64,000 bases of DNA from Octopus bimaculoides (GCF_001194135.2 NC_068993.1:46729743-46793742); one strand, 5' to 3'; counted from the first letter of the stretch, positions 37,624 to 49,118 are shown. Made by a program: numbers and translations. The notes: generated by a model not told the origin, from the letters alone.

Positions 37624-38719
37624 GTAAGGTTTTCTCGATTGTTTTTATTTTCGCGTTGTTGTTGTGTTGTACTTTAGCTTCGCATGAACTCTTGTCAACC
37701 CAGACCATTCCATCTTTTGAAGGAAATCTAGTTGTGCTATATTATTCAATGTTTCCTTCCCGCAACATTAAAACAGTTGCGTGTGTTTTGAGGTGTACAT
37801 TGCTGCTTTTTCTGGCAGATTGTAAATGCTGCCTCATGGTTTATCAGGATGATAGGGGTAGTTGGCATCATATGGTTGGTATCATAAGTTTATCAAACTG
37901 AGGAAGCTGAGTATATGTTGCTACTACATCTGCTTGAACTTAATAATTACTGTAAAAATTGAACTCACAACCATGTTAATAGTGTGGTACTGTTAAACTT
38001 TCAGATACAATAGGAAAACGAAATCACATTAAGTAGTGATGTTAAGATGTGAGGTTTGTTAAAATGTGATATTTATTAAAATATGATGTGGTGTTAAGAT
38101 GGGATGTGTTAAATGGTTTCGTTTTTATTTCTACTGGATTTATAGAAGGTTGACTTGTGGTTAGGCGATTTGACTCATGGCCCTAAGGTCATTGGTTCAA
38201 TTCCTAGATTGGGTAGATGTTGTGTTCTTGTGAGAAGGTAGTTCATTTTATATTGCTTCAGTCTACGCAACTGTAAACATGTACAAGTTGTTGCTGGTGC
38301 TGCCATCCCACCTCAAGCGGTCACATCCTGGATAGGGTGGGGGTGGGGGGTTGCAAGTGTCTATGTCTTCTTGTGATTACATAAGCACCTAAAACAATTA
38401 GCAAAAGTAAGATATGTTACCAAGCCCTACTTGCACTCTTAATATATTTAGGAAAGGCATAACTATCATAACTTCCTACTGTTACAAAAATGAAATAGTT
38501 TGATTGAACAGAAGTATGATCAGAGACATTCCAGTTATGATCCTCTCTCATTGTTCTTTCAGGCATAGTGTTATTTAGGACTGCAATATCCAAATATGCT
38601 TCTTTTTAAAAACTTTGAGGTGTGTTGAGAGAAATTTTGCTGCTATTTGTAGTGACCACAGAGGCTTTCTTTCTTTCTCTCTCTCTAGTTTGTGGAGTTC
38701 ATTCTTCCATTTTCTCCAC

Positions 38720-38915
38720 CCTCTATTCTTGAGTAAGGTCCTTATCAGAAGCAACTGTTGTTACAATTTCTGGATGAATTCCCAAGTATGACCAACTGAA
38801 GCTATGGATATTACCCAACTGTGTCGGCCTTGGTCTATCCCTCAGTCTCTTGCCAGTTGGCTTCACTTTAAGAATCTGTCTTACAGGACTTTCCTGTAAC
38901 ATTCTAATCATGTCC
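38720..38915 (-). mobile_element. RTE-like LINE 3-prime fragment
   Basis: RMLQESPVRQILKVKPTGKRLRDRPRP...WSYLGIHPE, similar to the RTE G.RPRGRP motif region. Confidence 0.6.
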
Positions 38916-39076
38916 GTAGTACCAGAGCTGTGTGATCTCTCAATGTAGAAAAGTAGTGACTCGACCTGGAGAGACTCCTAGATCCCTGACCTCCCCACCC
39001 TGTTGAATAACGTTACTCTACACACTTTTTTTGGAAAACCCCATCTATCATTAATTTTTCTCTGTTTCTGTTTCAG

Positions 39077-39248
39077 GTTTATGAAAACTATTCATTTGAG
39101 GAGTTGCGTTATGCTGCCCCGGCTGTGCCACGCCCCAGTGAGAACATGCTAGTTCGTTCTAGCAATGATGGCTCCTACAACTGTAACTGGACCCCAGGCA
39201 GTGTTGGCTTTTACAACATCTATGTTACTGTTGATGGCTTCGATGCAG
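39077..39248 (+). CDS. MYCBP2: MYCBP2 exon 27, filamin-like region (phase 0-1)
   Basis: gtttcag| and |gtacga; VYENYSFEELRYA...RPSENMLVR...NDGSYNCNWTPGSVG. Confidence 0.96.
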
Positions 39249-39504
39249 GTACGACCAGAACCCTCACCACCCCCACCATCTCTTCTCTTACTCTTTTACT
39301 TGTTTTAGTCATTTGACTGTAGCCATGCTGGAGTACCACCTTGAAAAATTTCAGTTGAACAAATTGACCCCAGGACTTACTCGTTGTAAACTTAGTACTT
39401 ATATCTATCAGTCTCTTTTGTTGAACTGCTAAATTACAAGGACATAAACAGACCAGCATCAGTTGTCATACTCATACACAAATATAAATAAATATATAGC
39501 CTGA

Positions 39505-39698
39505 ACAGGATAAACTACCCCTATTTTGCAGAAAAAAGTGTAGGTGGTTAGCTATGAGACTCGAACTCACACCTCCGCGATTACGCTTCGCGGTGATCTG
39601 ACCGATTGAGCTTAACTCCACCACTTTAGTGGGGGAGTTCGAGTCTCATAGCTAACCACCTACACTTTTTTCTGCAAAATAGGGGTAGTTTATCCTGT
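39505..39698. repeat. perfect 64-bp inverted repeat around a 66-bp spacer
   Basis: 39505-39568 is the exact reverse complement of 39635-39698. Confidence 0.92.
39543..39622 (-). other. tRNA-like unit followed by a T6 Pol III terminator
   Basis: minus strand GGTGG...AGCTCAATCGGTCAGA, CCGCGA-agcgtaa-TCGCGG arm, GTGAG-TTCGAGT-CTCAT T-arm, ...CCACC then tacactttttt. Confidence 0.55.
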
Positions 39699-39798
39699 GA
39701 TTGAGAATTTAAAAAATCACTTCTTTAACTGTCTAAGACATCTCAACGCTTCTAAAAGCAAACTTCGTTTGTTTATGTTTACCGAAATTTGAATTTAA

Positions 39799-39833
<35 letters not shown>

Positions 39834-40074
39834 TGCACGCACAAACATACATGATGGGCTTCTTTCAGTTTCCATCTACCAGATCCACTCACTATTCTCT
39901 AACCTCAAATATTTATCTTTGCATCATCTGTTTGTATACCAACCCGTGAGCTCCTATTTTATTTATAATCCTCAGTTTGATATATACTTGCCCTGTCCAT
40001 CACTGACCTACCAGTTCTTACAATAATTTTGTATGTTTCTTTAACCATAATCTTTTGTTTCTGGAAACTTGCAG

Positions 40075-40163
40075 GAGAATCGTTCAAAGTCGATGTCCGT
40101 GAACCCCCTCAAGGAGTTACTCCACCATTACAGGCAGGCAAGAAATCACATCAACCTAACAAG
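40075..40163 (+). CDS. MYCBP2: MYCBP2 exon 28 (phase 1-0)
   Basis: cttgcag| and |gtaggt; GESFKVDVREPPQGVTPP...HQPNK. Confidence 0.92.
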
Positions 40164-41084
40164 GTAGGTAGTGAAAGGATTTTTTCTCATTACACTTTGG
40201 TTTGTTTGTTTGTTTCTTTTTTTATTTTAATTTTCACATTTTTGTCCTCTAATTTGCTTCATTTTGTCACTGTGTGACATCATCATTGTTATGACTTTTG
40301 TTTCTCCATACTGGTATGTCTTGGATGGACAGGAGTGTAGTTTGATGTAATAACTAATTGTTTCCAGTCCTGTGCTGTCTTGTCCTGTGAGGCCATTAGA
40401 TCCTGACTCAGAATCTCATTACTTCTTCCTGTCTCACTTGGGGTGGTGACAGGGTGGGGCATAGTCAGTTGAGCCTGTTCCAGTATATAACTGGTACATG
40501 TGTTATTGATCCTAGAATCATGAAAAGCAAAGTTGTTGTTAAAGTTTAACCCCAGTTCAGCTTTGATTGAGCAGGGCTGTAATCAAAGGCATTCTAGTTA
40601 TTATCATCATCCTGTTTTTTTTCCTTAAAATATAGTATGAACCCTCTATCCAATGATGGACACTGGCTGGTTTGGACTTGCCGAGTGCCTTTAATTTGTC
40701 ACAAGGAGAAAAGATATCATTTTACTAGCTTTGGTGGTATTTTTAACTCAAAATATAGAACAAAATTCAATCATTCAAAATTGTTTTCATGGCTACTGCT
40801 TACATCCTAAGAAAAACATTGTCAACCTGAAAATCCTGGATTCTCTTAAAATTCTTTAAAAATTAAAAATATCACAAATTTAACAGAATTTTAGTTCTAA
40901 GATTCTGGTCTCCTTTCCCCACAATATATCATTGCTAATCATAATTAACACTAATCATAACTTGCTATCACTTGAGGTTTCTGTGAGAGATTTATAACAG
41001 CTCATATAAAACAAAGCTATAATAATGTAGTAGTAGTAGTAGTAGTAGTAGTAGTTATCATAATATTGTAGTAGTAATAATAAT

Positions 41085-41300
41085 AATCCTTTCTACTATA
41101 GGCGCAAAGCCTGAAATTTAGAGTAAGAGGACTAGTAAATTACATTGACCCCAGTGTTTCACTGGTACTTAATTTATCAACCCTGAAAAGATGAAAGGCT
41201 AAGTTGACCTTGGTGGAGTTTGAACACAGAATGTAGCAGCAGGCGAAATACCATTAAGCATTTTATCCAGCATACTAACGATTCTGACAGCTCGCCACCT
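41085..41300 (-). mobile_element. tRNA-headed SINE (tail type C), reverse
   Basis: same head and core, ending aataatcctttctactataggc on +. Confidence 0.8.
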
Positions 41301-41379
41301 TAATAATAATACTAATAATGGTAATAAAAAAATTTTCTTGGCATTTTCAGTAAAAAAAATTTTTTTATTTTTCTTACAG

Positions 41380-41496
41380 ATGCGTCGATTTGTTGGGAAA
41401 AACAGCTCAGGTCTTCGTATTCGTATCAACCCATCTCTACAAAGTGAGCAGATAGGAACTATCAAACCTGATGGAACCATTTCTTTTGTAGATGAG
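41380..41496 (+). CDS. MYCBP2: MYCBP2 exon 29 (phase 0-0)
   Basis: cttacag| and |gtaaag; MRRFVGKNSSGLRIRINPSLQSEQIG...ISFVDE. Confidence 0.96.
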
Positions 41497-42068
41497 GTAA
41501 AGGATTCTTTGATCTTTTATTCTTTGTTGTGTTGTTGTTTAACCCCAGGTCAGACTTCACTGAGTAGATACTGGATGAGATTCTAGCCATGATCATTCCA
41601 TATCATGAGTAGATTTAGTATGTCTTGGATTATATTATTCAGTCTGATATTCTGTTTTGAAGACTTATGTGATTTGAATGAAGTGTGTCTATTTTGAAGG
41701 TATGAGATGTTGAGGCATAGCTGTTTTGACACCACCTGTTTGGCATGGCTGATTCGACACTTATTTAACATCAGACCTTTTAATGTTTCTCTCTTTCTCC
41801 CCCCCCCCCTCTCTCTTCTCTCCTTATGTGTATATTTCTCTGCATGCATGTGTTTGTGTATTTGCTTCCAGCATCAAAAGAACTGTTGCCAAAACAGGCT
41901 GAATATCCAGTTAGCTCATTTTGCTATTTTGTGCAGATTGATTATGTACTCCATATTCATCTGGAATAAAAGGAATAAAGACTCACTTCGGTCACGGATG
42001 ACCATGGGATTGCACTTAGAAAGTTCCCCCTCCTAGGCGCAAGTCAGAGCAAGGTTGTTTATGGAAGA

Positions 42069-42173
42069 CTGCTTCAGCAGTACATATACTAAAATTGGAA
42101 CAATACAGAGAAGATTAGTGTGGGCCCTGGGCAAAGATGACATGCAAATTTGTGTAACATTCTATATTTTTTT
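42069..42173 (+). pseudogene. U6 snRNA retro-pseudogene, nearly full length
   Basis: ctgcttcagcagtacatatactaaaattggaacaatacagagaagattagtgtgggccctgggcaaagatgacatgcaaatttgtgtaacattctatattttt aligns end to end with canonical U6; ACAGAGA box intact, AGC triad changed to AGT. Confidence 0.9.
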
Positions 42174-42181
42174 AAATAGAT

Positions 42182-42338
42182 GCAGGCGTGGCTGTGTGGT
42201 AGAAGGCTTGCTTCCCAACCACATGGTTTCGGGTTCAGTCCCACTGCATGGCATGTTGGGTCAGTGTCTTCAACTATAGCCTCAGGCTGACCAAAGCCTT
42301 GTAAGTGGATTTGGTAGATGGAAACTGAAATAAGCCTG

Positions 42339-42378
<40 letters not shown>

Positions 42379-42796
42379 GGAGAATTCAAAAAAAAAACAA
42401 CAGACGAAGACAGGTGGTGTAGAAAACAAATAGATGTATTAGTATAACGCTTGGGAATTGAAAAAGTCTTTAACGTTTTGAGCCTACGCTCTTCCACAGA
42501 AAGGAACACAGAAAGAAATAAGGAGAGAAAAAATGTGTGTAGTGGTTAGCGATCTATCATGGCGAATATATATATATATTTGTGTGTGTGTCTTTGTTTG
42601 TTCCCACACAACCATTTGACAACTGGTGGTGGTGTGTTTACGTCCCCATAACTTAATGGTTTGGTAAAAGACTCTGATACAATAAGTACTCTGCTTCAAA
42701 AAAGAAATAAGTCCTAGGGTCAATTTGTTAGACTAAAACCCTTAAAGGTAATGCCCCAACATGGCTGCAGTCAAATGACTGAAGACAAGTAAAAGA
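42182..42796 (+). mobile_element. second tRNA-headed SINE family with internal (TA)n tract and a nested insertion
   Basis: gcaggcgtggctgtgtggtag...gggttcagtccc head; ggatttggtagatggaaactgaaa; 3-prime part tttgtttgttcccac...cagtcaaatgactgaagacaagtaaaaga; related pieces at about 1-115 (-), 425-650 (+), 17700-17850 (+), 39395-39892 (-). Confidence 0.75.
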
Positions 42797-42904
42797 TGCT
42801 CATTACACATGCTTGTACATGCACTCACATTGTGTTTTTATACACACACACAACAATAGTTTATCAAGTTTGCACTAATCTACCTGTTGTTCTTGTTGTT
42901 ACAG

Positions 42905-43130
42905 ATTCACAATGACGATGGTGTCTGGGTGAGACTTAGTGGGGAGAGCATAAAAGAATGGTGTGGTGTGAATGGCTTCACTGAAGCCTGGTGTCTGCAG
43001 TATAACCAACATCTTGGTAAAACTCTGCTTATTCCCATTGAAGAACCGAAATCCATTCTTGATGAAATTATCAAAGAAACTTTGCTGAGGAAAATACCAG
43101 AATTTGTGCAAGAATCCAGAATTCGTAAAG
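42905..43130 (+). CDS. MYCBP2: MYCBP2 exon 30 (phase 0-1)
   Basis: gttacag| and |gttgtt; IHNDDGVWVRL...NGFTEAWCLQYNQHLGKTLLIPIEE. Confidence 0.94.
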
Positions 43131-44229
43131 GTTGTTGTCATTATTTTATTTTTGATTGATTTTTGTTGTTGTTATTACTGATGCTGTTGTTCTTGTTAGT
43201 GGTTTGGTTCAAATTGAGCTGATCCCATGATCAATGGTTTTCCAAATCTGACCATTCACTATACTGGACTATATTACCTGAGCTCCCCGACTTACCAGTT
43301 TTCAGTCAAATCGTCCAGCCCATGCTATCATGGAAAGTGAACATTAAACAATGATCATGATATATACACATGCACATAAACCCACTAGTGTGTGTTTGTG
43401 TTTATCTGTGTCTGGACATTATAAAGTGGTTGTAAACAAACATCATTGTTATACAAGCAAGGTCGTTCATTTCCAGTCTTCTGTGAAAAACATGTCTAAC
43501 CATGGGGAAATGTTACTGATGGGTGGTGACAAGAAGGGCATCTGGCTGTAGAAAATCTAGTTCAACTAATTCCATCTGACCCATACATGTACGGAAAAGT
43601 GGATGTTAAATGATGATAAAGTATTATCTATGTTGTATTCATGTGTGAGAACAGAAAGATATATGAGTTGTATATCTGCAAAATATAATGTGTTGCTGTT
43701 TTCCATAGCATGTATGTGAAAGAGAAATGGAATGAGAGCAAATGCGAGGTAAGCAAATACCTTTTAACAGCCTGCTGTAGAGCAAAACTTCTAATTTCAT
43801 TAAGACAGCTATGATGAGAGAATCAAATTAATGGTTATTTATAAGAAAAAAACGATGAATGTTTAAGAATGTTTTTTTTTTCTGCATTTGATGTGAGAAT
43901 AGAAAGAAACCCTTGAAGTTAACCAACATCTTAAAACAAAATATGACTGACTGAAATATGACAGCCATCACAAAATATGACTGACTGAAATAAATGTCAG
44001 ATTTGTTTACCTGCCTGCATAGACAGTTTACTGCATGGTCTTATTACCAAATATGGTATGTTGGCTAAAAGTAACACCTTAAGCATGACACAGATGTCTG
44101 AGACATTGTAGGATTAACTCCAAGAGAGATCTGCTTCCTAAGTTTATTGTATAGTTTGAGTGTGTGTGAAAACTGGAATAAAAGATTACATTGGCTCTCA
44201 GTTGTAAACTTGTATTGTTGTCATTTCAG

Positions 44230-44357
44230 GTGGACCTGGTGGCTATCAGGTGGTCAAATGTGGCTCTTCAGGCCACAACATTAGATGTCGGCCGAGTAAG
44301 AAAGCCACACCAATAGGAATGTTAGTTCTAGGTAACCAGCTCACAGCAACAGAGGAT
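44230..44357 (+). CDS. MYCBP2: MYCBP2 exon 31 (phase 1-0)
   Basis: atttcag| and |gtaagt; GGPGGYQVVKCGSSGHNIRCRPS...PIGMLVLGN. Confidence 0.96.
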
Positions 44358-44652
44358 GTAAGTACCGTTTGACCTTTTGTACCACCACTTCTATTATTCA
44401 CTACTACCAATGAATAATACAAACCACTGTTTCTACTTCTAACAGTATTGCCAACATGTTTTCTTAGTCAAAACTTCCACCATCTCTACTACGTCTTGAT
44501 TTGTTAGATACTCTGATGATTTTGCCAGTTTGCTGTTCACCATAAAGTCTCTAGTGGTATTATTAAGATATGATAGATGACAAAATAGTAGTGCAGAGCT
44601 GGTCAAAACACCCACCTGTCTTACTTTGCACCAATCTTGATAACACTTTGTC

Positions 44653-44866
44653 TGCTTTGACAAGCTGCCTTGACAAGCTGCCTTGACAAGCTGCTTTGAC
44701 AAGCTGCTTTGACAAGCTGCTTTGACAAGCTGCTTTGACAAGCTGCTTTGACAAGCTGCCTTGACAAGCNNNNNNNNNNTGACAAGCTGCCTTGACAAGC
44801 TGCTTTGACAAGCTGCCTTGACAAGCTGCTTTGACAAGCTGCCTTGACAAGCTGCTTTGACAAGCT
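44653..44866 (+). repeat. 13-bp minisatellite TTGACAAGCTGCY (about 16 units, 10-N gap inside)
   Basis: direct inspection. Confidence 0.92.
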
Positions 44867-44994
44867 TTCCTGCTCCCACCACAGCATAGTACCAGGGAAG
44901 GTGCTTCTTTCTCTGACTTCCTCCTTCCCCACCTACACAGAGATATAAAAAAAAATGATTCACACACACACACACACACACATATAAAATTTCC

Positions 44995-45450
44995 AGGATT
45001 CAAGAGAATTCCACTGAGGTCAACTTTTCCTTTCATCCTTTCAGGGTTGAAATATGTACCAGTAGAGTACTTGGGTTGATGTAATCGACTAGTCCTCCCT
45101 CCCAGGCTTCAGGCCTCATGCCTCTTGCAGAAAGGGTTATTATTATTATTATCATCATCATCATAATCATTATTAAGGTGGTGAGTTGGTAGAATTGTTA
45201 TCACACCAGGCAAAATGCTTAATGGCATTTCATCCATCTTTATGTTCTGAGTTCAAATTCCACTGAGGTCGATTTGTCCCGGGTTGATAAATTAAGTACC
45301 AGTGAAACACTGTGGTCGATGTAATTGACTAGTCCCTCTCCCCACCAAATTTCAGGCCTTGTGCCTTCAGTGGAAAGGATTATTATTATTATTAAATTGC
45401 TGTCCTTGTGCCAAAATTTGAAACTGTTATTATTATTATTATTATTAACA
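44995..45450 (+). mobile_element. tandem tRNA-headed SINE pieces
   Basis: 3-prime part about 44995-45135, full copy about 45175-45390, extra tail-B fragment after it. Confidence 0.7.
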
Positions 45451-45488
45451 ACGGTGTAAATGATATTTTTTCTTTTTGTTTTTGACAG

Positions 45489-45756
45489 ACCACAAACCAT
45501 GATGGCACTTGGGTAAAGCTGGACACTGACAGCATATCCCACTATTGCCATCTAACAGAAAGAGAAGCCTGGTCACTGGCTCGTGATCGCGACGACATAG
45601 TCTACTTGGAACATGAAGCCAATTTATCCTTCAACGAAAGCTTTGGCAGAAGAAACCCTTTCACATTCAATACCTTCCCCACCAACTCTGCTAAAGGATT
45701 CGACTTTTCCATGGCCCAGTACAACACATTACCAATGTTTGGCCAGAAAAGTGATG
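45489..45756 (+). CDS. MYCBP2: MYCBP2 exon 32 (phase 0-1)
   Basis: ttgacag| and |gtaata; TNHDGTWVKLD...EAWSLARDRDDIVYLEHE. Confidence 0.93.
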
Positions 45757-45879
45757 GTAATAAATCATTATTTGTTCTCTCTCTCTCTCTGTCTCTGTCT
45801 CACTCTCTCTCTCTCTCTGTATCTTACTCCCTATCTCTCTCTCTCTTTCTCTCTCTCTATCTTTCTCTCTCGCTCTCTC

Positions 45880-45942
<63 letters not shown>

Positions 45943-46313
45943 TTAAAAATTCTCTGACCTCTTGACCTGGAAAATCTTCTTTTCTTTTATTATAATTTTG
46001 GGATGTGAGCAGGGCAATATTTACATGAATTTATTTCGCTCTCTTTGAAGATGTTTGTGAAAGCACACACACACAATCACACACACAATCACACACACAA
46101 AATGCATATGCCTATATATATACACATACATGCACATGTTGAGATGTTTGTATATAAACACACACACATACACACATATAAAGCGTTTGCATACACCATA
46201 TCCACACACACAGACAAACATATATAAAGCAGATACTATACACACACACACATACATACACATAAGCATACACTTCAGATATTTTATGAAATGTATATTT
46301 TGTTGATCCTTAG

Positions 46314-46367
46314 GTTTTGGTCGTAGCTCAAGCTGGCCTGCACGGATGTTCTCATTTGGACCTACAG
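46314..46367 (+). CDS. candidate 54-nt symmetric cassette exon of MYCBP2
   Basis: tattttgttgatccttag| GT TTT GGT CGT ... CCT ACA G |gtttct; open in the phase-1 frame (GFGRSSSWPARMFSFGPT); weak donor. Confidence 0.45.
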
Positions 46368-46800
46368 GTTTCTATTTTTTACATTCACTCATCCTTTATA
46401 TATTCTGCTGTTGTTTTCATGCACACGCACACACACACACACACACAGATGCACACAAGCATTGCTAGTAGTTTTAACGAGCAAACAATGATTAAAACAG
46501 CAGAAACAATTTTGCATTTCTTGACTTGGAGCATCAGTTTTAGTTTTTTTGTTGTATCTCAGGGGTGTCATTATGTCACTGACAAACACATGCACTGTAT
46601 ACATGTACATGAAATCATAACATATATACACATATCTAAAGTCACACACGCACACACATATATATTTACACACACACACACACACACATATAATTACATA
46701 CATACATATATACATACCGAAACTCATAATCATGAAACCACACCAATAGCTAATCCTTATTCAAACCCTAAATCTAAGCCCGCTGTTGTTTCTCCTGTAG

Positions 46801-46842
46801 CATTAGGTGGATCGCACATAAATGTGCCTCAAGATGCAAGTA
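46801..46842 (+). CDS. candidate 42-nt symmetric cassette exon of MYCBP2
   Basis: ctgttgtttctcctgtag| CA TTA GGT ... GCA AGT A |gtgagt; open in the phase-1 frame (ALGGSHINVPQDAS). Confidence 0.55.
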
Positions 46843-47335
46843 GTGAGTCTACCACTGCCTGCCATTCTACATTGTTACGCAGTACTCTTGCAACTATTTT
46901 CTTTGTCTCTCTTTCCCCTTATTTCAGTGTCACCACCTCTTTATTGTCAATGTCACCCTTCCTTTGTTTCAGTGTCATTCCATTCACCTCATTTCAGTGT
47001 CACTTCACCTACTCCACCCCATTCCTGTGTTACATCCCACTCTGTTTCACTGTTACCCATCCTTACTGTTTTAGTGTCATCTCCTCTACACCCCTTGTTT
47101 CAGCATTAGCTCCTCCCCTTGTCCCAATATCAACAACCTCTCCCTATTTCAGTGTGACCACACCCTTGTTTCAGTGTCATTGACTCTCACCACCTCCTAT
47201 AAGTGTTACTATCTCCACCTTATTTCAATGTCACCTCCTTCTTGTTTCAATATCGCCCCCATCCTCCACCTTTCTGTATACTCATCCTTCACCTCCATTC
47301 CTTTATTCTCACATATCTGTTTTCCATTTCTTCAG

Positions 47336-47761
47336 GTTTCTCCGGAAACGATTCCACAGTATTTGGTCAAAAACCTCAGCATCACACGCATGAGCGAAGT
47401 TCCAGTTTCGGTGCCAGCTGGTACGGAGGGGCCGGAGGGGGTGGAGGAAACTCCTCCGACCAGTTCAATGGGCCGGTATTGTGTCGCGCGGACGGATTCT
47501 TGGGTGACACCAAACAGACTGGCTTATCTTTCATGGCAACGAAGGAACACAACGACTATGCGAACAGCCGACAAAATTCTGGCGGAAGCTATAAAAGCTC
47601 TGGCAGTATGGGTGGGTCAAAGTCTGTGAAAACATCAGAAATGAATGGAAGCATGCCAACGCCTGGTTCACAGAAGTCCACCAAAAAAGAAACACCTTCT
47701 TCTTCAGAGGTCAACTCTGAATTACAAGGTTTCTCTGTGAAAGAACTTGTCAAAGCTCTAG
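47336..47761 (+). CDS. MYCBP2: MYCBP2 exon 33, low-complexity Ser/Gly-rich region (phase 1-1)
   Basis: long pyrimidine tract ending ttcttcag| and |gtatgt; 426 nt open in the inherited frame, GFSGNDSTVFG...ELQGFSVKELVKAL; GC content and codon-like composition stand out from the intron. Confidence 0.85.
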
Positions 47762-48413
47762 GTATGTCTTGCAGTGCTTTTATTTCTTCCTCTTATTGTA
47801 TTAATATTTTAATTCCAGACTGATAGCTGTGGTTGTTTTCCATGTCCTCTTTGAGATTACAGTCAATTCTGTCAACCTGCCTTTCTAATTATCTTTATCT
47901 AAAATCCTAAATATAGGTTGGTTGCTTGTCTATAGTTTGTATGATATTTGGTGAATTACAGGAACGTGCGTCTCGGTAAAGAGTGTGGATTTGTTGCCGA
48001 AGCAACTTTAGCTTGTCTGTTAAATACACGCATGCATTTAATTTTTTCTTCTTCAAAACAGATTTGTTCTATTTCTACTCCAAATTTCTCATTTTTGTGT
48101 TTATTCAAGTGACAAAGCAGTAAATGAACTGTCACTGTCACTCCTTATTTTTAATCGGTCGGTTTTAGTCAGCTGAGGTGGAGCACTTAGCAATGTAGTC
48201 TTCCTGTCCCTTTGTGGTAAAGAACGAATCTGTTCTAGAAATAAGGAAGTTACCTATCTTTTGTACAGTGTATGGCTAGAGACAACTATGTTGGTTGGTT
48301 CATTATCCTCTTGTTCCTCAAAACCTTGTGTTTCAAAGTAGTCAGTTAGAATAAATGGGGTGGGGTGCACCAGCATGACCGCAGCCACTTGGCTGAAACA
48401 CATAAATAAATAA

Positions 48414-48467
<54 letters not shown>

Positions 48468-48658
48468 GGCATCATTTTATATTTGCTATCTATGGTTGCA
48501 TGAGTTTGAGGAGTTGTCAAGTAAGTTCTGAGTGAGTTCTTATTTGGAACTGCTGCCTCTCTATATGACTTGGAAGATCCTCCATCTTGCTCATATATTT
48601 CTTTTTTTTAGCTTGGTTGGGTACCCTTCCGACTGCTAACCATTTTACAGACTATACT

Positions 48659-48693
<35 letters not shown>

Positions 48694-48765
48694 GACTACA
48701 GCAGAAGTAGTGAATGAAGTATTAATAATAAATGATAAAAGAACATGATTTGCATAATTAAATTT

Positions 48766-49118
48766 GGCACCTGTGCCCAGCGTTGCCTTCCTGGCACTTA
48801 TGCCAGTGGCACGTGTAAAGACATTCGAGCAAGATCGTTGCCAGTGCCGCAGGACTGGCTCCTGTGCAGGTGGCATGTGAAATACACCATTTTGAGCATG
48901 GCCGTTGCTAGTACCGCCTGACTGGCCTTTGTGCCAGTGGCACGTAAAAGCACCCACTACACTCTCGGAGTGGTTGGCGTTAGGAAGGGCATCCAGCTGT
49001 AGAAACTCTGCCAGAAAAGATTGGAGCCTGGTGTAGCCATCTGGTTCACCAGTCCTCAGTCAAATTGTCCAACCCATGCTAGCATGGAAAGCGGACGTTA
49101 AACGATGATGATGATGAT
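48766..49118 (+). mobile_element. same RTE-tailed element family
   Basis: highly similar to 27515-27858; ends cggacgttaaacgatgatgatgatg. Confidence 0.8.

Noticed and set aside
39543-39622. Functional tRNA-Thr(CGT) gene
   Set aside because: Anticodon loop lacks the conserved pyrimidine-U start (reads AG-CGT-AA) and the acceptor stem is irregular; kept only as tRNA-like.
42069-42173. Functional U6 gene
   Set aside because: AGC triad and stem positions are mutated and the copy is embedded among repeats; treated as a retro-pseudogene.
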